Source: Bdellovibrionales bacterium (lineage in GTDB: Bacteria > Bdellovibrionota > Bdellovibrionia > Bdellovibrionales > UBA1609). Taken from it: a stretch of DNA of 64,000 bases. Below, piece by piece: positions 8,906 to 18,587 of the stretch (position 1 is its first letter; each line of letters begins with the position of its first letter). The notes beneath the pieces are model-generated. The model made no database searches and had not been told where the DNA came from. It saw only the letters and a program-made list of their open reading frames with translations. The DNA is taken from positions 288,001 to 352,000 of the forward strand of contig OZ241456.1 in assembly GCA_965200875.1 (NCBI GenBank). Direction: 5' to 3'. The position numbers and the translations under genes are program-made.

Positions 8906-10864
8906 TCAAAACCGAGTTAATGGATATTGTCTCAAAAAAAGACTTTGTTGTTTTTTTGCCTGTTTTACGAACAGGGCTTTTCCTGGGATATATTCAGCTC
9001 CAACCTTTAAAGCATATTCTAAACCCGGGGAGTTTTCCTCGTAGTTCAGATCCACCACCAATCGGGGTTTCCAAGAAGAGCTTGGAAACATACAATCCAC
9101 CTGCCGGGAGCGACCTACAGCCCATATTACACCCAGAGGATTTTTATTTATTTGGGTTTTGCCATGTTTCTTTCCGGTCCTTGCAGAATAAAAGTCTGCA
9201 AAAGGTAGCTCCTTTTCCAAGACTTTTTTCAAACCCCCTCCTCCCCATACCACTAAAGATTTTTGATTTTCTTCAGATTTTCTTATTCCTGCCCTCTTAA
9301 AAAGCTCCCTTAAGCCATATTGATCTGTATTGCCACCCATCCACTTTTGGCCCTGAAGTATCAAAGTATTGACGGACTGAAAAGACCTAGCAGAAAAATC
9401 CGCTTTATCACAAATTTGAAAAGCTTTTTTCTTTAAAGGGGAGGTTACAGCAGAGAAAACAAGACCTAGTTTTCGCAAAATACATAGATTCTCTTGGGTA
9501 AATTCTGCTTCTCTTATTGGAATTTTAACAAAAATCATGCCATATTTTCTGAAAAATTCTCTGTGAAAAGCCGGACTTGCAGAATGAACCACTGGACTTC
9601 CTAAAATAGCGGCAAATAATTTTTCTTTATTTTTTTTTTCGTCAACACTTAAAGAAAGCAAATGCTCGTATAAAAATGGTTGATCGGTGATTCCTGATCG
9701 GGATTCTCTGATGAAATGCAGTTTCATTTGAGGTCCAAAAATCTGTCGATACCAGCGCCATACCCCTGGTATTTCTCCATCTGGAGATACTGGCAGAAAG
9801 GAGCGATGCTTCGGATCTTCTAAAAACCACAAATGCCCCAGCATAAGCTCTTTAAAGGAGTAAACCGGCACCGCCAATTTAAAATGATGAGCTTTGTATT
9901 GTAAAAGTTTATTACAGAGTTGTTCAAATGGTTCTTTTTTTCTTTCGTGCAAAGACAAAACAAAGGGAGAAGCAGGTGGTTTTCCTTTCTCCAAAGGCCA
10001 ATCAAAAACCGGCAAAGGAAAAGTTTTTTTCAAACTCTGGTGGGATTTTTCTAAGTTGGGTTTATTCCTTTTTAAACCAATTAGGTTTAAAAAAAGAGAA
10101 TCCCCTGACTTCCGAAAACTTAGTAGCTGTTTTTTCTGTGGAATGATTTTTAATAAAAGCTTCAATTCCTTGGAGTTTAATTGATCATCTCTCAGTTCGA
10201 AAAATGAAAAACCCCAGGAAATTCTTTTTTTTATAAATTCTGCCCATTTTTCTGAGCGGATCGGTAATTGATGTCTGTTTAAAGTGATAATGGATTTTAA
10301 ATGGGGGATGGTTTTCAAGCTAAACAACAATTTTTCTGCCTCGTTAAATTTAAAGTCCCACTCCGGCAACACAAAGCTTTCATCTCTGATATTTTTGTAA
10401 AAATTTTCCCGATCGGGATAAAGTAGGCAATACTCTTTATAGGGAGTTTTATTTTTCCTCAACCGCGGACGATCCAAAAATACCCGCCCGCAAATATCTG
10501 TTTCCCGAATAAGATGAATAACATGACAAAAAAACGGTAGTTTTTGTTTAAAACCCGCTCCTATGGCAATGAATACTCTCTGCTTTTGATCTTTATATTT
10601 ATCAATCAGCTCCATAAGGGTTTGGTTTTCCACTTCGCGAAAATTTTTTTCCAGGTTTTCAGAACCCACAGATGACAAATTATTTTCTGAAAAAAAATCA
10701 CTCACATTCCGGTTGGTTTTTTTCTCTATTTCTTGATCCAGATCCAAAAATCTGTCCAGTGGATCTGATGAATGTGTTTTATGAAAATTTTTAAAAAGTT
10801 TTCTTACTTTTTCAAGCCAGAGGGTTTTTCCAACCCCTCGATGACCCACAATCAGATATATCAT
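8906..10864 (-). CDS. Fused shikimate kinase / type I dehydroquinase-like / shikimate dehydrogenase
   Basis: GHRGVGKT, DLDQEIE, FREVE (AroK); ELRDD, LSLHE, FKLAV (AroD-like); LGSPVVHSASPAFH, VTSPLK, SVNTL, NTDQYG, DLNY (AroE). Confidence 0.85.
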   Translation of the reverse strand: MIYLIVGHRGVGKTLWLEKVRKLFKNFHKTHSSDPLDRFLDLDQEIEKKTNRNVSDFFSENNLSSVGSENLEKNFREVENQTLMELIDKYKDQKQRVFIAIGAGFKQKLPFFCHVIHLIRETDICGRVFLDRPRLRKNKTPYKEYCLLYPDRENFYKNIRDESFVLPEWDFKFNEAEKLLFSLKTIPHLKSIITLNRHQLPIRSEKWAEFIKKRISWGFSFFELRDDQLNSKELKLLLKIIPQKKQLLSFRKSGDSLFLNLIGLKRNKPNLEKSHQSLKKTFPLPVFDWPLEKGKPPASPFVLSLHERKKEPFEQLCNKLLQYKAHHFKLAVPVYSFKELMLGHLWFLEDPKHRSFLPVSPDGEIPGVWRWYRQIFGPQMKLHFIRESRSGITDQPFLYEHLLSLSVDEKKNKEKLFAAILGSPVVHSASPAFHREFFRKYGMIFVKIPIREAEFTQENLCILRKLGLVFSAVTSPLKKKAFQICDKADFSARSFQSVNTLILQGQKWMGGNTDQYGLRELFKRAGIRKSEENQKSLVVWGGGGLKKVLEKELPFADFYSARTGKKHGKTQINKNPLGVIWAVGRSRQVDCMFPSSSWKPRLVVDLNYEENSPGLEYALKVGAEYIPGKALFVKQAKKQQSLFLRQYPLTRF

Positions 10865-10899
10865 GAGTTTTACATCCTTTATAGTAAGAGATCAAAATC

Positions 10900-12075
10900 T
10901 CAGGCTTTGACGATAGACCAGAAATCCGGAAAACTTTTATTTACCACTTCTGGGTGTAAAGTTTGAATAGGCAAACCAGCCCTTTGCAAAACCGAGCAAG
11001 CCATTGCCATACGATGATCTTCTTTCGGATCAAAGAAAATTAAAGGCTTTTTTTCTCCAGAAAAACCAGGTTTCCCCTTTATGATCAATCCGTCCTTTAA
11101 AATTTTAACAGTCCGCCCGGCTTTTCGCAACAGTTCCGCGGTTTGTTGAATACGATTGGATTCTTTATAAAGCAGATGAGGAGCCCCATAAAGATGGCTC
11201 ACCCCGTTAGCTGTGGCACAAAGAGCGGATAATACAGGAAACATATCTGGAAAATTTTTTAAATTGAGCTTAATGGGTTTTAAAGTGTTTTTGATAGCTG
11301 TAACTTTTAAAGTGTTTTTTTCTGAACTGATTTGAAACCCCATGTCCTTCAGCACGGAAGGAAAAATAAAATCCGGCTGAGAACTTTCCCGAGGCCAGTC
11401 CGTAAATACGACTTCTCCTCCTGCCAAAGCCTCTGCTGCGAGTGCAAACAAACAGCTCATATCCGGTTCCGGTTCATAGAGATATTGACTGATTTTTTGA
11501 TGGGCAGGAATCAAATACTCTCTATTATCTCCTTCAATTTGCATTCCCAGAGAACGCAAAAAAGAAAGTGTCATTTGAAGATAAGAATAAGAAACCATAT
11601 CTCCTTCTATACTGATAAATAGGTCACGGTCTAAATTCCAGCTGTTTAAAAACACAGAAGATGCAAATTGACTGGATCGGCTGGCGGAAAGAGTAAGAGC
11701 GTCTCCTGAAAGAAACCAACCCTGGCTTTTTAAAATCATCTGGTTTCCCTTGAGGCTTGTTTTACAGGCCACCTGATTTAAAATCATCTGCAATTCCTTA
11801 AGAGGTCTGCTAAACAAAGAGGGAGATCCGGTTAAGGTAAAATCCCCCTTTTCCCGGCTGGCCCTTAAAGCCAAAAAGCGTAAAACCGTGCCTCCTTGTC
11901 GGCAGTTTATAGTGGTGTGGCTTTTGAGACTTTTAAGACCCGATTTCAGGGAAAGCACATCATCACATTCACTTACGCCCGTGATTTTCAGGGTTGGAAA
12001 ATAGCTTTGCACCAGCAGAGCGCGTAACAACAGGGATTTTGAAAAAGGTCCTTTCCCCACGAAATAAAAAGACAT
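10900..12075 (-). CDS. aroA: EPSP synthase
   Basis: SKSLLLRALL, GTVLRFL, SSQFASS, KESNRI, DHRMAMA, VNKSFPDFW; start set at ATG 12075 because the track's extension lies in a repeat element. Confidence 0.95.
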   Translation of the reverse strand: MSFYFVGKGPFSKSLLLRALLVQSYFPTLKITGVSECDDVLSLKSGLKSLKSHTTINCRQGGTVLRFLALRASREKGDFTLTGSPSLFSRPLKELQMILNQVACKTSLKGNQMILKSQGWFLSGDALTLSASRSSQFASSVFLNSWNLDRDLFISIEGDMVSYSYLQMTLSFLRSLGMQIEGDNREYLIPAHQKISQYLYEPEPDMSCLFALAAEALAGGEVVFTDWPRESSQPDFIFPSVLKDMGFQISSEKNTLKVTAIKNTLKPIKLNLKNFPDMFPVLSALCATANGVSHLYGAPHLLYKESNRIQQTAELLRKAGRTVKILKDGLIIKGKPGFSGEKKPLIFFDPKEDHRMAMACSVLQRAGLPIQTLHPEVVNKSFPDFWSIVKA

Positions 12076-12089
12076 ACCTTTGTACCTAT

Positions 12090-12182
12090 GGCGAGTTCGG
12101 CTTTGAGTAAATCGCGACTGAAAGTCGCGCACATGGAAAAAAATCGCATGTTTTCACCCTAGCGGTGAAGTTTTGGTAAAAA
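12090..12182. repeat. Dispersed structured repeat family A, copy upstream of aroA
   Basis: GGCGAGTTCGGCTTTGAG..CGCGACTGAAAGTCGCG..CGCATGTTT..AGCGGTGAAGTTTTGGTAA aligns with rc of 27275-27370. Confidence 0.8.
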
Positions 12183-12198
12183 CCCCCACTAAACCAAC

Positions 12199-12615
12199 CT
12201 ATTCGAGGGTCGACTCTATGGTTTCCACTTTATTTTTTATGGTTTTTATGGTTGTTTCCAAGTTTTGAAATAACAACAGTATGTTTTTGATGTTTTTTTG
12301 ATTGTCTTTTATTTGTGATTCCATACGAACTTGATTTTCTTTTAATTCTGATTCCATACGGGCTTGATTTTCTTTTAACTCTGATTCCATACGGGCTTGA
12401 TTTTCTTTTATTTGTGATTCCATACGGGCTTGATTTTCTTTTATTTGTGATTCCATACGGGCTTGATTTTCTTTTAATTCTGATCCCATACGGGTCATCT
12501 GTTTTTCCAGTGCATCTTTTGAGGCATTAATGAGAAAATACATAACTCCAAATATCACTGCTAAAAAAGCACATACTGAAATAACGGATTCCGGGTGGAT
12601 ACTATCTAGGTTCAT
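12199..12615 (-). CDS. TM-anchored coiled-coil protein with 11-aa tandem repeats
   Basis: AAGGAG RBS; N-terminal TM; about 6x ENQARMES(Q/E)(I/L)K. Confidence 0.8.
   Translation of the reverse strand: MNLDSIHPESVISVCAFLAVIFGVMYFLINASKDALEKQMTRMGSELKENQARMESQIKENQARMESQIKENQARMESELKENQARMESELKENQVRMESQIKDNQKNIKNILLLFQNLETTIKTIKNKVETIESTLE
12299..12494. repeat. 33-bp coding tandem repeat (~6 units)
   Basis: TGATTCCATACGGGCTTGATTTTCTTTTA recurs every 33 nt. Confidence 0.9.
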
Positions 12616-12938
12616 TGGTATTCTCCTTTATAAAATATAACATACGACTTTATTAATAGTCAAAATCTTATGAAACCTTTGTTTTTTTAAGATCAACACA
12701 TTTATTTATCACAATGCTAAATAATTCAAAGAACCTTTATCTGAGGATTCTTTTTTCAGAAAATATGATAATTTTTGAGTCTAATCAGTTACTTATGTTT
12801 AATCTCCGGTTATTGATTATATTGTTTTTTCAGTTGCTCAAACTGGGTTTTGTTGCTATCTATAGGAATCATTGGTCCTTGATTCAGGGCCGGCTTTGAG
12901 ATTGAATGTTAGTAAAAAGGGATAAGGAATATATACAA

Positions 12939-13568
12939 ATGGGTAACAGTGTAAAAACAGCTCGTTTTCGAATACAAAGAAGGTTGGGAACAGAATTGCC
13001 GGGATTGGGTAAACCAGGTGCTTTGGAAAGGCGAAACTATCCGCCGGGGGAACGTAGCAATAAAAGAAAGAAATATTCAGATTATGCTCTTCGTCTGGAG
13101 GAAAAACAAAAATTGCGCTTTCATTATTGTTTGAAAGAACATCAGCTAAGACGTTTTATCAGGAATGCCAAAACTGGCCAGAGCGTAAACTGGATTAGCA
13201 AATTAATTGGCTTGTTGGAAAGAAGGCTTGACAATGTAATTTTTCGTATGGGTCTTGCACCCAGTATTCCTTCTGCGCGTCAGCTGATTTCACACGGTCA
13301 TGTTCGCGTGAACGGGCAAAGAGTTAACATTCCTTCTTTTGTCTTAAAACCTGGGCAGGAAGTGAGTTTGAAAAATAAATCAGAAAAAAATCAAATTGTT
13401 TTAACAGCTTTGCAAAAACCGCGGATGGAAACTCCAGACTTTATTAAAAAACAGGAGAAAAGCGGTGTTATTACCGGGACTTTACTATCAATACCCGGTA
13501 TAGAGTATGTTCCTTTTAATTGTGACACCGGTTTGTTGACGGAGTACTACGCGGCGAGAAAAACCTGA
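12939..13568 (+). CDS. rpsD: 30S ribosomal protein S4, lacking the N-terminal Zn-binding Cys cluster
   Basis: YPPGE, SDYALRLEEKQKLR, LERRLDNVIFRMG, ARQLISHGH. Confidence 0.97.
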   Translation: MGNSVKTARFRIQRRLGTELPGLGKPGALERRNYPPGERSNKRKKYSDYALRLEEKQKLRFHYCLKEHQLRRFIRNAKTGQSVNWISKLIGLLERRLDNVIFRMGLAPSIPSARQLISHGHVRVNGQRVNIPSFVLKPGQEVSLKNKSEKNQIVLTALQKPRMETPDFIKKQEKSGVITGTLLSIPGIEYVPFNCDTGLLTEYYAARKT

Positions 13569-13584
13569 ATAAGGAGAAGGTCTT

Positions 13585-13764
13585 TTGGCTAAGAAAAAAG
13601 GAAAAAAAATAGTGACTTTAGAATGTACGGAAGCACGCAAAGAAGGCAAGCCTCCTTCCCGTTACACGACCCGGAAGAATGTTCAGGCTCACCCTGAAAG
13701 GTTGGAAAAGAGGAAGTACAATCCCTTTTTAAGGAGACATACTTTGCATAAGGAAATTAAATAA
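13585..13764 (+). CDS. rpmG: 50S ribosomal protein L33, Zn-free type (59 aa, missed by ORF track)
   Basis: AAGGAG RBS, TTG start: [59 protein letters not shown]. Confidence 0.95.
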   Translation: MAKKKGKKIVTLECTEARKEGKPPSRYTTRKNVQAHPERLEKRKYNPFLRRHTLHKEIK

Positions 13765-13831
13765 TTGAGCAGGAGAAAGTTTTTCTGACTTTTTATCACA
13801 GCTCAGCAGATGGATAAGCAAGGTATATGTA

Positions 13832-14461
13832 ATGGAAAATCTGTCGGTTTTAAAAGATAAAGATCCCATAAAGATATTTGAACAATGGTGGCAAGAGGCG
13901 GAGAAACACAGGGAAATACCACAGGCTAATGCTATGGTGTTATCTACTGTCGTGTTCGGTCATACAGAGTATGATGTTAAACCTGTGTCTCGTGTTGTTT
14001 TATTGAAAGAAATCCATGCTGGCGAGTTGATTTTTTACACAAACTACAGAAGTGCTAAAGCTTATCAGTTAAAACATGATTCCGCTCTTAATTTTTACTG
14101 GCAGGTTTTGGGTCGACAGGTGCGTATGGAAGGAATTGCCGGCAAAATAAATCGGGAAAAATCCGTAAAATACTGGAAGACCCGACCTCGGGAAAGCCAG
14201 ATAAGCCAATATATTTCTGAGCAATCTGAAAAACTGGATAGTCGAATGACATTGGAGAAAAAATGGCAGGAGGCTGAAAGAAAATTTGCCGGAAAGGAAA
14301 TACCTTGCCCAGATCATTGGGGAGGTTATGGTTTTTCACCAGATCTGATTGAGTTTTGGGTGGAAAAATCGCATCGTTTGCATGACAGACTTGTGTTCAA
14401 GAAAAAGCTTTTTCATGGGTTCTCAAAACAAAAGTGGAAATCCCATCTTCTGTACCCTTAA
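13832..14461 (+). CDS. pdxH: Pyridoxamine 5'-phosphate oxidase
   Basis: RVVLLK, FYTNYRSAK, RQVRMEG, RPRESQI, WGGY, EFW..RLHDR. Confidence 0.96.
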   Translation: MENLSVLKDKDPIKIFEQWWQEAEKHREIPQANAMVLSTVVFGHTEYDVKPVSRVVLLKEIHAGELIFYTNYRSAKAYQLKHDSALNFYWQVLGRQVRMEGIAGKINREKSVKYWKTRPRESQISQYISEQSEKLDSRMTLEKKWQEAERKFAGKEIPCPDHWGGYGFSPDLIEFWVEKSHRLHDRLVFKKKLFHGFSKQKWKSHLLYP

Positions 14462-14544
14462 GTCAGATGGGGAAAAAGCTTTTAACAAAGTTGTTACTGC
14501 TTGATTTTTTACTGACAATTTATTTTTAAGGAGATTTTTATATT

Positions 14545-15462
14545 ATGAAGCGTGTCCTCTCTGAATATCAGCTGATTCTTTGTTTGCGAGATTATTTTAA
14601 GCTCACTAAATCCGGAATTGTGTTTTTTGCTTTGTTGAGCGCGGGTGCGGGATATGCTTTGGCTTTGCGGGCGCGAGATCTGAGTTCTGATTTTGTTTCT
14701 CTTGATTTTCCTTTCTTGTGGTTACTGGCGGGCTTGTATCTTGTGGTAAGCGGAAGCTTTGCTTTGAATCAGGCTTATGAGTGGCGACTGGATAGTGTCA
14801 TGAAGCGCACAAAAACCCGGCCAGTTCCTTCTGGTAAACTCACAGCCCTTCAGGCTTTTTCTCTTGGGATTACAGAAGTAATACTGGGTTTGTTTATACT
14901 TTTGAGCTTAAAGCCTTTAACAGCCGGTTTGGCCTTATTGGCTGTTTTGCTTTACAATTTATTTTACACAGTCTTTTGGAAAAAAAAATGGATATTTGCG
15001 GCAGTTCCTGGAGCTTTGCCTGGGGCTTTGCCAGTGATGATAGGATATTCTGTTCCTTCTTCTTTTGTTTTCTCCATAGAATGTCTTTATTTGTTTTTTA
15101 TTCTCTTTTTATGGCAAATGCCTCATTTTTGGTCTCTGGCCTTGCATTATAAAGAGGATTATAAATCCGCAGGGATTCCTGTTCTCCCTCTTCACCTAGG
15201 TTCAGAAAAAACTCTCTATTATATGAGTTTTTATTTGCTATCTTATCTGGGGCTGGCTCTGATTTCTCCTTTGTTTTTTAAAATGAATATTGTTTATATC
15301 TTTTTGCTTATTCCTTTTTGCGGAAAAGTGTTCTTGGAATTTATCAAATTTTCCAGAAAATTAAATTGGAAACCATTTTTTTTGTGGCTTAATTTTAGCG
15401 TTTTGCTTTTTCTTTATGCTCCAGTTTTCGACCTCTGGTTTTATTCTCTTATCCGCTGGTGA
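14545..15462 (+). CDS. cyoE: Protoheme IX farnesyltransferase
   Basis: LTKSGI, LNQAYE..D..MKRT..RPVPSG, GALPGALP, LWQMPHFWSLA..DY..AGIPVLP. Confidence 0.95.
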   Translation: MKRVLSEYQLILCLRDYFKLTKSGIVFFALLSAGAGYALALRARDLSSDFVSLDFPFLWLLAGLYLVVSGSFALNQAYEWRLDSVMKRTKTRPVPSGKLTALQAFSLGITEVILGLFILLSLKPLTAGLALLAVLLYNLFYTVFWKKKWIFAAVPGALPGALPVMIGYSVPSSFVFSIECLYLFFILFLWQMPHFWSLALHYKEDYKSAGIPVLPLHLGSEKTLYYMSFYLLSYLGLALISPLFFKMNIVYIFLLIPFCGKVFLEFIKFSRKLNWKPFFLWLNFSVLLFLYAPVFDLWFYSLIRW

Positions 15463-16738
15463 TTTTTTTAGTGAATTTATAGATCAAAAAGCTGATTATT
15501 AAATTGGCACTAGCCAGAAACAAAAAAATTTCCGGTTCCTTTAAGCCAAAGTTAAAAAGTAAAATCAATAAGAGAGCCGAGCTGGCTATAAAGAAAGCAT
15601 CAAAAATATTTCCTGCAGAAATGATTCTGGATAAATGCTTCTTAGGGGAAATCGTTTGCAGGAAAGTCATCAGAGGCACAAAAAGCAAACCTCCTGAGAA
15701 GGAAGTCATAGTTAGGTCAAATATAATTCTGAAATTTTGAATATTTTTGATAAAATCCATAAAATGAATAACTGTTTTGTGGTTATCTTTCGTAAAATAA
15801 GCTTGAAGGGACAAATCAAACAAAAACACACTTAAACCCAAAGCACCTATGGGTGCGAGACCTAGTTTTAATCCTCGCCCGGAAATTTTTTTACAGACCA
15901 TGCAACCTAAGCCAATGCCTATGGAAAATAAAGTTAGTAAAAAAGTGACGACTTGTTCGTTGCCACCCAATATTTTTTTTCCGTATCCGGGAAGAAGAGC
16001 CAGAAAAGTCGCTCCATAAAACCAAAACCAAGCTAATCCTAAAAGAGTGTAAAGAATGTGCTTTTTAGGAAGGACATAACGAATTAAATTCCAAGTGGAA
16101 GTGAAAGGATTGTATTGAAAACTCAGATCTGGTGTTAGAGAAGAAAGCTTTAAAACAAAAAGGCTGAAAAAAAGGCCGATAACAGACAAGCCCAAGACTC
16201 CCAAACTGGTGTAAAATATTCCCTGATGGGGAATGGCGATCACAAGACCTCCGAAAACTCCGCCCAGTAAAATAGCCAAAAAGGTGGAGCTTTGCAGTAA
16301 AGCATTGGCAGATATCAGCTGATCACTGGAGACTTGTCTTGGCATATAGCTATATTTTAGAGGGCTGAAAAGAGTGGACTGAAGGCCCATTAAAAATAAA
16401 GCTAGCAAAAGCAGAGAAAGGTTTTTTGTTAAAAAACCTGCTCCGGCAAGAATCATTACAAAACATTCCAAAATTTTTATATAAGTAATCAGTCGGGATT
16501 TTTCATATTTATCCGCGATTTGTCCCGCAATTGCGGAAAATAAAAAAAACGGAAAAATAAAAACTCCTCCGCAAAAAGCTATCAGCTGCTCTGAACTCAG
16601 TCCCCAAAGTTTGAGAGATTGAAAAGTGATTAATATAACCAGAGCGTTTTTAAAGAAATTATCGTTAAAAGCTCCAAAAAACTGAGTGGCACATAAAGGC
16701 CAAAACTTTCGATTCCCCAATAAAAATTTATTGTTCAT
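15449..16738 (-). CDS. MFS transporter (LplT/Aas-MFS-like)
   Basis: TQFFGAFNDNFFK, PFFLFSAIAGQIADK, FSPLKYS; many TM segments. Confidence 0.9.
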   Translation of the reverse strand: MNNKFLLGNRKFWPLCATQFFGAFNDNFFKNALVILITFQSLKLWGLSSEQLIAFCGGVFIFPFFLFSAIAGQIADKYEKSRLITYIKILECFVMILAGAGFLTKNLSLLLLALFLMGLQSTLFSPLKYSYMPRQVSSDQLISANALLQSSTFLAILLGGVFGGLVIAIPHQGIFYTSLGVLGLSVIGLFFSLFVLKLSSLTPDLSFQYNPFTSTWNLIRYVLPKKHILYTLLGLAWFWFYGATFLALLPGYGKKILGGNEQVVTFLLTLFSIGIGLGCMVCKKISGRGLKLGLAPIGALGLSVFLFDLSLQAYFTKDNHKTVIHFMDFIKNIQNFRIIFDLTMTSFSGGLLFVPLMTFLQTISPKKHLSRIISAGNIFDAFFIASSALLLILLFNFGLKEPEIFLFLASANLIISFLIYKFTKKITSG

Positions 16739-17390
16739 TTTTTTTTTGGGGGCTGTCGGGTTGTGCAGATGGATGTGCTTTTTGAAAGGCGGGCAGGGTT
16801 TGACATATCTGTTCTAGCTTTAAAAGCCTTGGGAAATTGTTTAAATTCACATTAAATCTTTTGGCATTGTACATTTGAGGGATGATAAAAAGCTCCACTG
16901 CGGTCAGGCTTCGGCCTACAGCAAAAGGGCTTTGTTTGTTCTCTTGTATTTTTTTTTCCACATTAGCAAGTCCTTCGTGAATCCAAAACTGGCTCCATTT
17001 TTTTTTCTCAGATTCTGTTATTTGCCAATTTTTCAGATATTTCAGAACTTTTAAATTTTGTAAGGGTTGAGTACTACTGTTGATGATTTCGCTTATGCTG
17101 ATTATTTGGGTTTTTAGAAGGATTGGGAAAAGTGCTGGGCGGGGACATATATCTTCCAAATATTGTAAAATAGCCATTGTCTGTGTGATAGTTTGATTTT
17201 TATGTGTGAGGCAGGGAACTGTTCCTTCCGGGTTGAGTTTTTTATAGGGTTCACTATTTTGCTCTCCTCCGTTTTTCAACAGGTGAATGGGAATGTATTT
17301 AAATGGAATGTTTTTTAAGTGGAGCGCGATGCGCACCCGGTAAGAGCAGGAGCTTCTGTAATAACTGTAAAGCTTTATATCGTCTTTCAT
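16728..17390 (-). CDS. maiA: Maleylacetoacetate isomerase (GST zeta)
   Basis: LYSYYRSSCSYRVRIAL, QPLQNL, PQMYNAKRF, AHPSAQPD. Confidence 0.93.
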   Translation of the reverse strand: MKDDIKLYSYYRSSCSYRVRIALHLKNIPFKYIPIHLLKNGGEQNSEPYKKLNPEGTVPCLTHKNQTITQTMAILQYLEDICPRPALFPILLKTQIISISEIINSSTQPLQNLKVLKYLKNWQITESEKKKWSQFWIHEGLANVEKKIQENKQSPFAVGRSLTAVELFIIPQMYNAKRFNVNLNNFPRLLKLEQICQTLPAFQKAHPSAQPDSPQKKNEQ

Positions 17391-17467
17391 ACTTTCTTTA
17401 TGGCTTTTTTCAGGTTTTTTCCATATAGGGTTCTGATTGTTACATATTTTTACCCAGTATTACAATG

Positions 17468-18445
17468 TTAAGCTGTACATTTTATTCGTTTGGAGCAGGC
17501 TTTTTCCAATCGGTTCCATATTGCTAGCCAAGGTCCTCTGTTTTTTTTGGTTTTAGATTTTATAACATAAATGACATGGTTTGAGTTTTGAGAAAGTTTT
17601 TTAAGTTGGTGGTAAAGCAAGCGGGCACTGAGTTCTGCAGAAGTGTTTAATTTTAATTCTTTAAATGTTTTTCCCGGGAAAAACTGCTTGAGTTTTTTTT
17701 CTACATCTTTTTTTCGAGGGATCACCAAACCTTCTGTTTCCATTAACACTAAAGGTCTTGCTGGCTGATAATGTTTTTTTGATTGTCCTGGACTCAGAGA
17801 GGAAGAGGCCAGTTCCACTTGCCATCCCGTGCCGGTGTTTTTTTTAAGCCAGTTTTGTAATTGATTTTTTGAAAAGCCTCCTGGTCTTAAAATTTTTAAG
17901 AATTTGTTTTTAAAGTCAGGTTCTATAACAGTGGATTCAATACCCATTTTGCAGGCACCTCCATTCAAAACTGGAACTTTTCCTTTAAAGATGTCATGAA
18001 TATGATCTGCCCGGGTGGGGCTTAGTTGACTGAACAAATTGGCACTGGGGGCACAAAGTGCACCAGTGTTTTTTATTAATTGTAAAGTAAGAGCGTGTTT
18101 TGGTATTCTTAAACCCACTTTCGCCTGTCCTGCGGTGATAATAGGATGGATGGCGTCGCTTTTTTTAAGCACAAAAGTTAGGGGTCCTGGAGTAAAATGT
18201 GAAATCATTTTCCAAAGCAGAGGATGATTTACAGTATGAAAATCACTCATTTGTTCAGCACTTTCACAATGAACAATTAAGGGGTTAAAAAGCGGTCTTT
18301 TTTTTATGTGAAAAATTTTTTTTAAGGCGGAAATCTTTTGAATAGAACCTGCCAATCCATATACAGTTTCCGTGGGGATAGCCACCACTCCCCCGTTTTT
18401 TATTATGTGGCAGGCAGAATTAAAGGATATATACTTTTGTTTCAT
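17468..18445 (-). CDS. sua5: Threonylcarbamoyl-AMP synthase, Sua5 type
   Basis: VAIPTETVYGL, KKRP.FNPLIVH, PGPLT, APSAN, GIESTV, SPGQ..KHY. Confidence 0.95.
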   Translation of the reverse strand: MKQKYISFNSACHIIKNGGVVAIPTETVYGLAGSIQKISALKKIFHIKKRPLFNPLIVHCESAEQMSDFHTVNHPLLWKMISHFTPGPLTFVLKKSDAIHPIITAGQAKVGLRIPKHALTLQLIKNTGALCAPSANLFSQLSPTRADHIHDIFKGKVPVLNGGACKMGIESTVIEPDFKNKFLKILRPGGFSKNQLQNWLKKNTGTGWQVELASSSLSPGQSKKHYQPARPLVLMETEGLVIPRKKDVEKKLKQFFPGKTFKELKLNTSAELSARLLYHQLKKLSQNSNHVIYVIKSKTKKNRGPWLAIWNRLEKACSKRIKCTA

Positions 18446-18587
18446 TATAAACAATTATAAACACTCTGCTTCCTGTCTGACTATTTTAATTATGATATTT
18501 TTCCAGGTGGTGGTAAAATCCTGTAGGTCAAAAAGCCGGAGGAGTTTGGTTTGGACCTGCCGGGGTTTTTATGAGGTTGAAAAGAAT

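Noticed and set aside
12076..12132. N-terminal extension of aroA in the ORF track
   Set aside because: It is a translation of the family A repeat; homology begins at ATG 12075
12299..12494. 33-bp repeats as a CRISPR
   Set aside because: Head-to-tail coding repeats without spacers
18372..18587. N-terminal extension of the MBL hydrolase
   Set aside because: It overlaps the divergent sua5 start; the family-like sequence begins at 18588
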